DNA from: Felis catus
Lineage: Eukaryota
Length of the DNA stretch: 64,000 bases
Reading direction: 5' to 3'
NCBI RefSeq assembly: GCF_018350175.1
Contig: NC_058368.1
Span: 137,952,001 to 138,016,000 of the forward strand
A model generated the notes under the pieces. The model saw only the letters and a program-made list of their open reading frames with translations. It had not been told where the DNA came from and searched no databases. Made by a program: the position numbers and the translations under genes. Below are positions 25,414-37,330 of this stretch, piece after piece; position 1 is the stretch's first letter; each line of letters opens with the position of its first letter.

Positions 25414-28400
25414 CTAGAAGAGATAGGTTATCAAGACCACAGCATGCTGATTACACAATTTTAAACAGAACTATCAAATTCAACTTAACATCAACTTTTT
25501 CTTTTCTTTCTTTTACATTTTTTTTTTAATTTTTTTTTCAACGTTTATTTATTTTTGGGACAGAGAGAGACAGAGCATGAACGGGGGAGGGGCAGAGAGA
25601 GAGGGAGACACAGAATCAGAAACAGGCTCCAGGCTCTGAGCCATCAGCCCAGAGCCTGACGCGGGGCTCGAACTCCCGGACCGCGAGATCGTGACCTGGC
25701 TGAAGTCGGACGCTTAACCGACTGCGCCACCCAGGCGCCCCTCTTTTACATTTTTTAAGTGTTTACTTTTGAGAGAGAGACAGAGCGCGAGTGGGGGGTG
25801 GGGCAGAGAGAGAGAGGGAGACACAGAATCTGAAGCAGGCGCCAGGCTCTGAGCTGTCAGCACAGAGCCCCCACGCGGGGCTCGAACTCACGGACCGCAA
25901 GATCATGGCCTGAGTTGAAGTTGGATGCTTAACCGACTGAGCCACCCAGGTACCCCCATCAACTTTTTCTTAAAATAGTTATTCATCACATTCTGATATA
26001 CTCGTAGTCTGAGGGTGATACGATTGCATGCAATACTTAACACACTTAAAACTTAGTCTGTCATGGACTTAGTAATTGTCTAAGTTACTGGATTCTGTTC
26101 TTGCACAAAGTTTGTTCTAAAGAACAGAGAAAGGGCAACCAGAAAGCATTTTGTAAATAATTTGTTACAAAATGTTAAACAAATCTTGTACATAAGTAGG
26201 TGTGCACTCTAGCAACTAGTTATTTGGGTTGGTGAAAAGTAACAGTAACAAACTCTTTTTTTTGGTAAGAATTTGTTGATTTGCCCACAGTTAAAAGTAT
26301 ATGTCAGGAATTAGGATAACATGTCATGTTTTAGGACTACAAGTGATGAAAATGGTTTAGACCACAGTTTGTACTATTTATACAGCTTTACTAACTAAAA
26401 TACAATCTGACAGGGGCGCCTGGGTGGCTCAGTCGGTTGGGCGTCCGACTTCGGCTCAGGTCACGATCTCGCGGTCCGTGAGTTCGAGCCCCACGTCGGG
26501 CTCTGTGCTGACGGCTCAGAGCCTGGAGCCTGTTTCAGATTCTGTGTCTTCCTCTCTCTGACCCTCCCCCGTTCATGCTCTGTCTCTCTCTGTCTCAAAA
26601 ATAAATAAACGTTAAAAAAAAAAAAACACAATCTAAAATACTTACCACCTCTATAGCCCAAGGCTACAGCTAAATCCATAGAATTATACCCAGAGTCAGT
26701 TTCAATTGTGGGGTCAGCTCCATTTTCTGTATCAAAACAGAAAAATCTGCATAAATAAAATGAAAATGTAGACATGTTTGTCTATTACTGGCTCATGTGC
26801 AAACAGCAGGACAGATTTTCAGCAAAGTGGAGGGTGTCTTCAGGATGGTCTGACAAAGTACGAAGGGCAGAGATTTCACTTCGGTGGGTCAGAGGGAAGA
26901 CACTTCAAACAAACAGGCATCCTCTCGAAAAGCTGAAACTCATCAACAACTATAGCGAGAACTTCTGCATAAAGACGCCGCGGCTCGAGGAAACAACTGT
27001 GGATTCACCCGTGATCCTCCAAAGGAAAGCAACAAAGACAAATGCTCCAAGCACAGGTGTGCGGTGTGCTGGAGCTGCTTCTCACACGGGCAACTCTCTG
27101 GTAGCACGTGTTCCAGAAGGATTCACGTGTTTAATAGTAATTAATGATTCTCCCGAGTAATACCAAGGGAGGCCACCATGTAAGAAGTGAAAATAAACCC
27201 CTCACATGGTATTTTCTAAATCTTTTCACTTTTAAAAATGGCTTACCTAAGAGCATTTTTACACATTTAACATGATTTCCATGTACAGCATAAAGCAAAG
27301 GTGTTCCTCCATTCTGCAAAAGGAAAAGGTCATTTAGTTTTCAAGGTGAGCAAGATTTGACTAATTCCATGTTGCCGTTGAGGACTTTTACTAAGAAATG
27401 GACATGTAAAAGCAGTTGAAGGCAATTTTCACATTTTGTGAAGAATACTTAAAGCAGATGTCACAAGTGAGTTTACACCATTAACTTTTTCTTCCAGGTG
27501 TTTAAGTTAATGATTTTTCCAAATGTTTAGTGAAATGTATTACGTCTCTCCAAACTAAGTAAATCCTAGAGCTTGTTACGGTATTTTAAAATCAGTAGCA
27601 TAAACTCACCCAATCATATTCATTCACATCAACTCCACAATCAAGCAGCATTTTGACAATATCTGTGTAGCCTTTACTACAGGCCAATGATAGTGCACTT
27701 TCTCGACCTTTTCCTAAAAGTTGGGGATCAGCACCCTGGAGTGGTAAGGGGAGAGAAAAGACTTTTCAATTCATGTAAACAAGAATACTGTTGTTTCTGT
27801 CACTAAGAATTCAGTTCAATACTTCGGTCAGGTAACGTTCTGGGGTAAATAACGCAAATTTCTACTCATGGATGCCTTCCTTCCTCCCTTTATCTCGGTC
27901 CTAACTGTCCTTCTGCTCTGGAGTCAGATTACATCTCCTCCACGAAGCTGGTCCTAGAGAGCTGACGGTACTTTTGCTCCCACTGTACCTCAAGGGAGTT
28001 GGGCATTAAATTCTCTCTTGCTGTTTCACGTACGATTGGTCTTGTCTGCCCAGCTAGATCCAGGTTCCACAAGAACATGAAAAGCATGTAAAATTGTTTT
28101 GGATCCTCTACCATTGCATCTAGTTGGCTGAAGATACAAAATCTTTACTACAGACTTAAGTAACTGTACATATACATTTTCTGAGGTATTTTCCTTACAT
28201 TCTGAAGTAGAAACTCTACCACAGCTATTTGCCCGTGTGCTGCAGCCCACATCAGAGGAGTAAATCCTTCTTCATCCGTGTGATTGATAACATTTTCTAT
28301 TTAAAAGAAAAGCAATTTTTGTCATCTAATTTAACAACCAACTATTAATATCATTAAGAAAATACTGGCATTCTAAAAAGTTGATACTACTACTCACTGA

Positions 28401-31400
28401 AGTTCACTTTCTGCCGACTTATTTGCTGAAGTCCTATTAAGTGTTGTTGCAGGGTGCGGTGTGAATGTATTAAAATGTGCTTCGGTATACACAGCTCAGT
28501 TCAAACAGCGTGTTTCTACTGCACATGACGTAACGCTAGGTACAGGGCAGTCCACAAAAGACTGGACTCGGGATCAGGAGACCATAGTCTGAATCCTGCC
28601 TCTGTCACTTTACAGGACTATGATTCTGGGCATATCATTTAATTCCTCCAATACACGGAATAATACTTTGCTTATCTCAATGAGTAGTTGGGAGAAACAC
28701 AATAGAAGCGAGATTATATAACAGCCCTTACAATTATATAAATATATATTATAAAACCTCCAAAACCTTATTAAAATTATCTTCTACTCTATAGCTAACA
28801 TTGATATTTTTTTCATTCTTGGTGGTTTACTAACATAATTGGGATGAAGACAGAATAATCTGAAACACAGTCCCATGCAATTCTACCTTGAACCCCATTT
28901 TGTTTCCTAGATTCACCTTACTAGTTATAAAGTCCACAGGTTTCCCCTAAGTTTATTTAGGAGACTGAGAATGAAACCTTCAAATATTTATGAACAAAAA
29001 GAAATATAATACTGAAGTATGTCTTATAAGAAAATGACATGATGAAAAAAAACCCACCTCTTTTATCATGCACCCTGTATTCAATCAGTAATGTTGGGAT
29101 AACTGGCTAACTTTATGAAAAAGGAAAATAAAAGTAAAGCTTGACCTTTACCTCCTTATACCAAAACATTCCATATGCGTCAAAGATTGAAATGTGAAAA
29201 AAACCAAACCACAGAAATTGTAGAATAAGATGTGAGTGAATTTATTTGTAATTTTGAAGTAGAAATCATTTCAAAGCAGGATATAAAACTCAAAAGTTGC
29301 AAGGAAAAAAATAAATTTACCACTACAAAATGTTAAAATTTTGTTTGAAAACATCAGAATCAAAGGAAAATGACAAACTAGAAAAAAAAAATGCAACATA
29401 ACCAACAAAGAGTGAATTTCTTTAATTTAGATAAGAGTTCACATAAATCAACACATATCAGGCAGTTCACACACAAAAAAGCTTAAATAGACCATAATTT
29501 TAAAAACTGAAACAAAACCAGTATGAGAGACTATTTTTTCACCCATGAGATTAGCAAAGATTAAAGTCTGATAATATCTTGTGTCAGGGTATGGGGAAAC
29601 AGAAACTCTAACTCTGGTGTAGGGACAGGACAAATATCTGGCAATATATATGTAAGTAAAAATTCACATTTCTTTTGACCCAGCAAATATACTTGTAGGA
29701 ATTTACCTACTTAAAAGGAACATAAGCAAGACTATTATTTAAGAGCAAGAAATTGGAATCACCTCCAAGAGGATTAGTTAAAAAATAAAAACATGCACCT
29801 GGGTGGCTCAGCCGGTTAAGTGTCCGACTTTGGCTCAGGTCATGATCTCGAGGTCCGTGGGCGTGAGACCTCTGTCAGGCTCTGTTGCTGGCAGGTCAGA
29901 GCCTGCAGCCTGTTTCAGATTCTGTGTCTCCCTCTCTCTCTGCCCTTCCCCTGCTCATGCTCTGTCTCCCTCTATCTCTCAAAAATAAATAAACGTTTAA
30001 AAAAATTTAAAAAAACCGGGGCGCCTGGGTGGCTCAGTCGGTTAAGCGTCCGACTTCAGCTCAGGTCACGATCTCGCGGTCTGCGAGTTCGAGCCCCGCG
30101 TCGGGCTCTGGGCTGATGGCTCAGAGCCTGGAGCCTGCTTCCGATTCTGTGTCTCCCTCTCTCTCTGCCCCTCCCCCATTCATGCTGTGTCTCTCTCTGT
30201 CTCAAAAATAAATAAACGTTAAAAAAAAAATAAAAAATAAAAAAAAAACAAAACATGGTACATATGTATGCAGCAATACAGTGCAAAATCATAGACCTGT
30301 TAAACTATTAAAAAGAATGAAACAGATCTTTATGTGCTTATATGGAAAGATGTCCAAAATATTAAGTGAAAAAAAGGAAAGTGTAATACGGTGTGTACAA
30401 TACTTTCCCTCTTGTGTAAACAACAAAAAAGCACATATATCTTCTCATACAGAACTCCAAAAATAAACAGAAATGTTTTCTAGAAAAGTTTCCTGAAAAT
30501 ATAAGAAATTTATAATATTTGCTTTTGGGAACAAGGCTAGGATGGTATGGGAAGCTGTGACTTTTATACTTTATATACTTTTTGTTTGTCTGTTTTTTAC
30601 TACCTATTGGGTTATCTGCCTGGTGAGATTATGCAACTATTTTTTTTGTCTTTATACTTTCCTGTATTAAAATAAAACAACAAAAATGTAATAAACCCTA
30701 CAAAATTTAAGTACGTTTAAAAGAACAGGCTATTACCTTGTTCAATCCGAGTAGCTAGGTAAAGCATCTCTCCCTGAGCAGCCAACTGGTGAACAGATAG
30801 AGCTGAAACAATACCATAAAAAGCTTCACAGTTTTCGACTTATAGGGTACACTTTCATCACGTCAGTATTCATATGTGTGCAGCAATTTTCTTTTCTAAA
30901 ATAAAAACTCTCATTTTATTGTTTAAAAAATATAACTGAAAATATACCTATATCTGAGGATCGGTATGTGTTTAAGGCAATTCTGACAGCTACAAAGCAT
31001 TATTAGCAATGAACAGGCAAATTGTTATGATCAACTATTAATGCAAATCGCCACTGATCTTATCAATCAAAGAAACAGTTTAGGTATTTAATTTTTAAAA
31101 TGCTAACTCAATATCCAAACTTAGGAGGATGTTGGGTCTAAAACCACACAAAGATACACCTTCTGTCTTTTTATTGACTGAATCCTCTGAAATCCCAAAG
31201 ACCATTATTTCAAGACTCCACAGGTTTTTTTCTAACCCATTGGAATTAGTAAGCTGAAAACTAACTTTCAGAGTAAATTCTTGAATGCAGACTTCATTGT
31301 GGCTAATCAGCTGTGTGACCTTGAGTAAATAATTAAATGTTTTTGTCTATAACATGAGGGAGGGGAACTGCATAATCTCTAGGTGTTTCTTTTTAGCTCA

Positions 31401-34285
31401 AAAATAATATGGTTGGACTATTTTAAGACAATATCTTTATTTCTTTTTTTTTTTTAAAGTAAATTTATTAGGATAGGGAAGATTTTTATTTTTGGGACAG
31501 AGAGAGACAGAGCATGAACGGGGGAGGGGCAGAGAGAGAAGGAGACACAGAATCGGAAACAGGCTCCAGGCTCTGAGCCATCAGCCCAGAGCCTGACGCG
31601 GGGCTCGAACTCACGGACCGCGAGATCGTGACCTGGCTGAAGTCAGACACTTAACCGACTGCACCACCCAGGCGCCCTGACAATATCTTTATTTCATTCA
31701 TTTATTCATTCATTTATTTATATTTAAAAGTTTATATATTTATTTTAAGAGAAAGAGAAGGGCAGAGGGGGAGAGAGAGGGAGAGGGAGAGGGAGAGGGA
31801 GAGGGAGAGGGAGAGGGAGAGGGAGAGGGAGAGGGAGAGGGAGAGAGAGACAGACAGACAGATAGAGAGGATCCCAACCAGGCTCCTCAATATCAGCGCA
31901 GACCCCCAGGTGGGGCTTGATCCCATGAGCGAGATCATGACCTGAAGTCAAGAGTCGGAAACTTAAGTGACCCACCCAGGCACCCCTCATTTATTTATTT
32001 TAAGACAACATCTTTATTTTACAACAAAACTAAACAGGTACTGTTCTGTGAGAGTTCATCTTAGAAATTAGTATCACTTGATCCTTGACTTCAGTAATAT
32101 GACTGAGCGGCCTTAATAGAAAGGAAAGCAATTAGGAAGCACATGGAAATATAATAAGTAGAAACTTTGGCTAATAGGTGAAGTAAGAATCATGGACTCC
32201 TCCTGGCTTAACTGCTAAGGCATGCCATTCAAAATCAGGAGAGATACAGTGTTTCCAAAGTAAAAACAAATATTTCACCATGCTTTAGAATATAGATGCA
32301 TTTACATTACATATTCAGATACAGTTCCTAACGTCAAACTGCTAACTGGTTTTCTTTCATTAACATACCCATACTACATTTTTCTGATTTGTATAGAAAA
32401 GCTTCATTTTATTTCCTCTAGAATGATCCCATTTTTAAAAATTGTGGCTTCAAGGTTTTAAAAAGAGAAATTTCATATTCATATTATTATAGTCAAATTC
32501 TAAATTACAAATCACTCAGCTTTTACTACAAATCACTTGCTGATCACTGATCTAGTTTAAAAGTAAAATGTGAAGTAAAAATACTCTCTTACTTTGCACA
32601 TAGTTCAGAATAACAAATTGTTTTTTCATAGTTAAACTATAAAGGTTTTAATAGTGCCTGGGTGGCTCAGTCGGTTAGGTGCCTGACTTCGGCTCAGGTC
32701 TGATCTCGTCGTTCCGTGAGTTCCAGCCCCGCATAGGGTTTTGTGCTGACAGCTCAGAGCCTGGAGCCTGCTTCAGATTCTGTGTCTCCCTCTCTCTCTG
32801 CCCCTCCCCTGCTCACACTCTGTCTCTCTCTCTCACACAAAAATAAACATTAAAAAAAAAACTATAAAGGTTTTAAGAATGAAAACCGGTAAAAATCTGT
32901 ATGTGTATGAATATAAACCTGTATTTGTATAAGCCTATACAAAATCTGTATTAAAATCTGTATTTTTTCTCAACATAGAAATATAAAACATGAAATATGT
33001 GACTCTGCAGTAATATTGTGAAATTTTAAATTACTAAAACTATCAAGACATCACTTTCCAAGTAGAATATGCATTTCAAGAAAATAATGTTTCAAGGCCA
33101 AACTCTTGAAAGCATTATACCAGTAATATTTTAACAAATCAGTGGGAAATACTTACAATTTGCTAAGAGAGGTGTGGTTGAGACCTCATTTCCTCTGTGT
33201 TTGTTGGTTAAAGTAGTTGATTGTTTTATGGGTGAGAAGTGCTTTGTTGTAGAGGGAGTGTAGACATGCCTTACTTGAATTCCCGGAGAAGGAGATGTAT
33301 GGATATTGCATTCAGCTAAGTAAAATAAATTTAAACACATTAACACAATATTTTAATGATAAAACATTTCAAAGTTCTATGTCAATGTTTACATTAAAAG
33401 AGAAATACACGAGGTACATCTTCAACTGTTTCTCAAGTGATATTAAATTATTCTTTGCTATTAAAAAAATCTATATCATCATAGTGAAAGTTCCAGGAAA
33501 AATCTGTATTAATTTTGAACAATTTTATTTTGAAATTAGCTTTTTTATTCAGTAGATTGTTATAAAAATAAATCTACAATATGATGGCAGACTTTACTGC
33601 ATTAATGCATGGGAAACTGAGGCCAATCAAATATTCATGGAATAGGGAATATTAAGCTAATTCATTTCTTAAAAGGCACGAATAATTTTTCTTCTATCAT
33701 TTAAAAAGGTACAAATAAGAAACTTTAATTTCTAAATAAAGGTCAAGCTAGAAAATTTAAAAAAATCAACATACACTATAGACATCACAAAACATGAAAA
33801 TTATTTAATTTCGGTTTCTGTGAGATTCTAGAAAATCATATTAAAAGATGACTTCCAAACTCTCTTTCCAAACTCAAAATCTCATGATCAGAAAGGAAAA
33901 ACCAAAACAAAAAACAAAAAACAAAAAAACCATACACAAAAAACACAAAAAAACAAAAACAGAACAAATGCACATATTTATACCATAACTTGCAACCTTT
34001 AAATAGGACAGATGCCACTTCCAGGTCAGAGTTAACCTGATCTTGAATATTTTTACTATCCTCTTCATTTAAGGACTTCACAAATCGAGAACACACGTTC
34101 ATATCAAATCGGTTAGGTAATATGAATTTCATTCCCATGGCAACACCCTGAGCTGATCCTTCCTCTGCATTTGAGTCCAGCTGATGTTCTATTTTAATGT
34201 CTGGCGTGCCAGTTAGACTGTAAGTGCTGGGACACTCTTCCACTATCAGCTGGGCTCCAATATCCAGATTTGTTGACGTAGCCAT
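25358..34285 (-). CDS. ANKRA2: ANKRA2, ankyrin repeat family A member 2 (complete, 8 coding exons, 313 aa)
   Basis: Exons 34285-33997, 33315-33157, 30802-30737, 28296-28199, 27735-27610, 27313-27247, 26726-26646, 25413-25358; all GT-AG with consistent phases; total 942 nt. Protein [12 protein letters not shown]...ankyrin repeats ([26 protein letters not shown])...LLQNIKE*. Confidence 0.97.
25519..25957 (-). mobile_element. Nested CAN-SINE pair in the last ANKRA2 intron
   Basis: Young copy 25519-25741 (TSD cttttacatttttt) inserted in the tail of an older copy 25751-25957 (TSD catcaactttttctt). Confidence 0.92.
26413..26626 (+). mobile_element. CAN-SINE next to an ANKRA2 splice donor
   Basis: Full element; imperfect TSD aaa(t/c)acaatct. 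Confidence 0.92.
26646..26726 (-). CDS. ANKRA2: ANKRA2 coding exon 7
   Basis: 81 nt, (E)[26 protein letters not shown](V). Confidence 0.95.
27247..27313 (-). CDS. ANKRA2: ANKRA2 coding exon 6
   Basis: 67 nt, [22 protein letters not shown](E). Confidence 0.95.
27610..27735 (-). CDS. ANKRA2: ANKRA2 coding exon 5
   Basis: 126 nt, [42 protein letters not shown]. Confidence 0.95.
28199..28296 (-). CDS. ANKRA2: ANKRA2 coding exon 4
   Basis: 98 nt, (E)[32 protein letters not shown], an ankyrin repeat. Confidence 0.95.
29060..30470 (+). mobile_element. Old L1 fragments carrying a tandem CAN-SINE pair (29795-30015, 30018-30250)
   Basis: Degenerate L1 ORF2/3' sequence (gttgggataactggcta, tttgacccagcaaat) interrupted by two head-to-tail SINEs. 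Confidence 0.75.
30737..30802 (-). CDS. ANKRA2: ANKRA2 coding exon 3
   Basis: 66 nt, (S)[21 protein letters not shown](E); cag| and |gtaat. Confidence 0.95.
31444..31986 (-). mobile_element. Young CAN-SINE (31444-31677) and older SINE (31730-31986) with (GAGAGG)n expansion
   Basis: TSD gacaatatctttatttc around the young copy; hexamer repeat at ~31770-31845. Confidence 0.9.
32655..32861 (+). mobile_element. CAN-SINE
   Basis: TSD aaactataaaggttttaa. Confidence 0.9.
33157..33315 (-). CDS. ANKRA2: ANKRA2 coding exon 2
   Basis: 159 nt, (A)[13 protein letters not shown]...TTPLLAN(S); tag| and |gtaagt. Confidence 0.95.
33997..34285 (-). CDS. ANKRA2: ANKRA2 first coding exon (exon spans 33997-34389 with 5'UTR)
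   Basis: ATG at 34285; MATSTNLD...ASVLFK then G|gttgc donor; acceptor tctttcag at 34390-34391. Confidence 0.95.
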
Positions 34286-35109
34286 GACTTCAACTGTAGT
34301 TTCAATGATTAAAACATTCCTTCATGATTTCCTCTTTGTTTTATAGGAGTGGTATCCAGTGTGTTCTTGGAATTTAGATATTGAAAAATCTGAAAGAAAA
34401 AAATTAAAAAGATTATATCAACTTAGGTAATAATACACAAAATAATCATTTTTCAATCAAGTATGCACATAGTGCTCTTACAAGCCCCTATACGTAACAG
34501 TAAGCATACAGTGTTTGGAGGCAGACACCTGGGTATGAATCCAAGCTTCCCCACTTCTTGGCTGTGTGAACCGGTACATTATTCAACCTCTCTAAGTCTC
34601 AGTCTCATCTGTAAAATGGGGGTATCGCCACTAATTGCATAGGATCTTGGTAAAGACCAAATGAGATACAGGCATATTTTTACCTTCATCACCAGGTTCC
34701 AACAAATTTTACTCTTTTCTCCCCTCCCTATTCCTGAACATTGATAAGTGTACAGAAGATCAAGCTAACAATGAAAATAAACTTTCATGGTTTTTCACCA
34801 AGTTAGACCAAGAAGATGGAAGCTATGAACCATGAAGAGGGCTCACACCAGAACACAACCATGCTAGCACCTTGATCTTGGACTACCCAGCTTTCAGAAC
34901 TAACCGAAGTTCCTGCTACAGGCGAAGCCCAGAGAGGGGTGGGAGGCACTTCATTAAGATGGAAAGAAGCTAGTTCCTGTTGGGAGAAAACCTTGTAAAA
35001 AATTGTCATAGTATCTTTCTCTCAAAAATTGGGCATTTGTTATTTTCATAGTTCAAGTAGGTGACCTTTTCATTGACTGATAGATTTAAACAACCTTCTA
35101 AATTTATTT

Positions 35110-35132
35110 ATTAGATTTTTAAGTGCGTATTT

Positions 35133-35184
<52 letters not shown>

Positions 35185-35341
35185 ATGACAGGGGAAGGGG
35201 CAGAGAAAGGGGGATAGAGGACACAAAACGGGCTCCATGCTGACACCAGAAAGCCTGATGCGCGGCTTGAACTCATAAACTGTGAGATCATGACCTGACA
35301 GGAAGTCTGACACTTAACCGACTGAGCTACCCAGTAGCTCC
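35110..35341 (-). mobile_element. CAN-SINE with long (GA)n
   Basis: Reverse-complement SINE; (GA)n at 35137-35182. Confidence 0.88.
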
Positions 35342-36499
35342 AAACCACCTTCTAATTTTAAAGTGCCAAGACTTCATTCCATAAACTAAAACGGCTAAAA
35401 CATTAAAAAAATTTGATGTGAAAACTTTAACCTCTTACCTGTAGTTCATTTTTTAACATGCTATGTTTATAAGTGGTCCTCAGTTTGAATTTAAGATAAA
35501 ACTCATTGTACCCATGTCTATTGGCATCTATAAGACCTGATTCTTGGACAGGTAAAGGCTTTACAAAGCTTTGGTTATGATTTACTGAAGATATACTTCT
35601 CAGTTTTTGTTTAGTTAACATGTTAACAACTTAATATAGGCTCTTATGAAAATTTCCTGAGGGACGACCCATCTCCCACAGACTCCTACCCAGAGCTGGC
35701 CTAAATGCAATCCCCTGAGCTCTCTTAGCACACTGCATTTATTTCCATTTTGACATTTACCATTCCTTTGAATGTTTCCACTTAAACTCCCAGGAAACTG
35801 AAAACTTCTCTAGGCTGGGGGCCACTCTTACTAATCTTTGCATACAAAACAGAGCTTGATCCCATCAGGTGCTCCAGAAATGTTTCCTGATCTGAATTTT
35901 AACACTGTTTCATATTATTTCCTATCCTAAAATGACCCTGCGAGATGCCCAACAGGGGCTTGCTAATTAGATCTGGCATTCCGGTCTCAACATCACTACT
36001 ATCTAGCTGTGCAACAATGGAAAGACAAGTCATATACGTTTTCTGAGACTCGTATTAATCTATACAACGAAGACGGTTGAAATAGGCATCTCTAATATTC
36101 TTTCTAGCTCTAAACATCTTCCGTGTCATAATATAGGCGGAATTACCCTCTTCGAGAGGGGAGAACTGGGGCGAGGAGGGAGTGAAAACAGAACGCTGGT
36201 CCTGCCAATACGTTAGACGAGATGAGCCAAAATTGACGGGTTAAGCTAAGATTTTGAAGACTTGGAGAAGGAGAGGTGAAAATAGTATTGAGAGTAAGAG
36301 GCGATGAGAAGAAGACGGATGGCCAAGGAGAGCTAGGATCACCTCGATGGGTCAGAGCTCAGGGATGAAGGGAGAAAACCTAATGAGATACACATTCCGC
36401 AGTGGATCCTAGTAACAGGTGTCCCTTGGCTCTTCCTACTCCTGAAACTGTCCACCAAGGAAAGGAAGGTGCTATGAAAATGACGCCTCACAGGCGACA

Positions 36500-37330
36500 G
36501 GTGTCCCAGGGCAGAAGCCCCGTGAAAGGGACACTTGTAGGGAGGGAAGTCCGCTCGGGAGCCACCCGCCAGCTCGGCCCGAAAAGTCGCTCAGGCGGAA
36601 ACTCTGGTTCACCCCCGGCGGGAGGGTCCGGGGAACAGGGGCCGGAAGCCTACTGGATGGGCGCGCAGGGCCTCGCGACTACCTTCGACAGCCGACAGCG
36701 AGTCGGGCCTTTCCATCTGCGGCCACAGATTCACTGCAGGCCCCCAAACCCCGGCTTGTTTTGACCGCGACGTCACTTCCGATTTCTTCTTTCGGGGTTT
36801 GGCCAAAAAACGTTCCGCGTCACCGCAGCCGAGAGGACTTCCAGGTTTTTTTCCCCCGCCGCTGCGCAGTCTCTGCTGCCCAAGTACTACAGACGCTGGG
36901 TCACTTCAGCAGGACCCGTCTGGGTCTCTAGAGCAACACCCGTCCAGCACTGGGATCACGTCTCCTCCTCCCCCATCGTCCCGCCCCCCTGACCCGCCCC
37001 TACGACTCCTGGCCGCGTAAGTCACGTGAGCCTACGCCCTTACGTCACTTTTGTGCGACCGGCCAGGTAGTTCTGCCCTCTGTGTCTCGGCGGCGCCGTG
37101 TAGAGTCCGCGTGATCTTCCGCGAGTGAGCCTTAATAGTCCGGGTGGGGGCTGGCCGAATCCAAGAAATTCTCCTTGGACACAAAGTGTCCCGGCGGACC
37201 CGCGGGGCCTATCGGAGGTAGGTGAAGGCGGCTCCTGGTGGCCGCAGTCCGGACTCACGTCGGGCCTGCTTTGCTATCTCGCGTGCTCCTCTGGGCTTCC
37301 CAGTCTTCGCAGACGGGCTGAAACTCTTTA
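36500..37330. promoter_or_regulatory. CpG-island bidirectional promoter of ANKRA2 (-) and UTP15 (+)
   Basis: Only long CpG-dense non-SINE stretch in the window, lying between the two divergent first coding exons. Motifs: ETS/CRE (36767-36781), E-box GTCACGTG (37021-37028), CRE-like TTACGTCA (37040-37047). Candidate first-exon donors at 36682-36681 (-) and 37218-37219 (+). Confidence 0.85.

Noticed and set aside
33836..33996. Hydrophobic C-terminal extension of the 149-aa ANKRA2 ORF
   Set aside because: Read-through past the splice donor into a T-rich intronic low-complexity tract.
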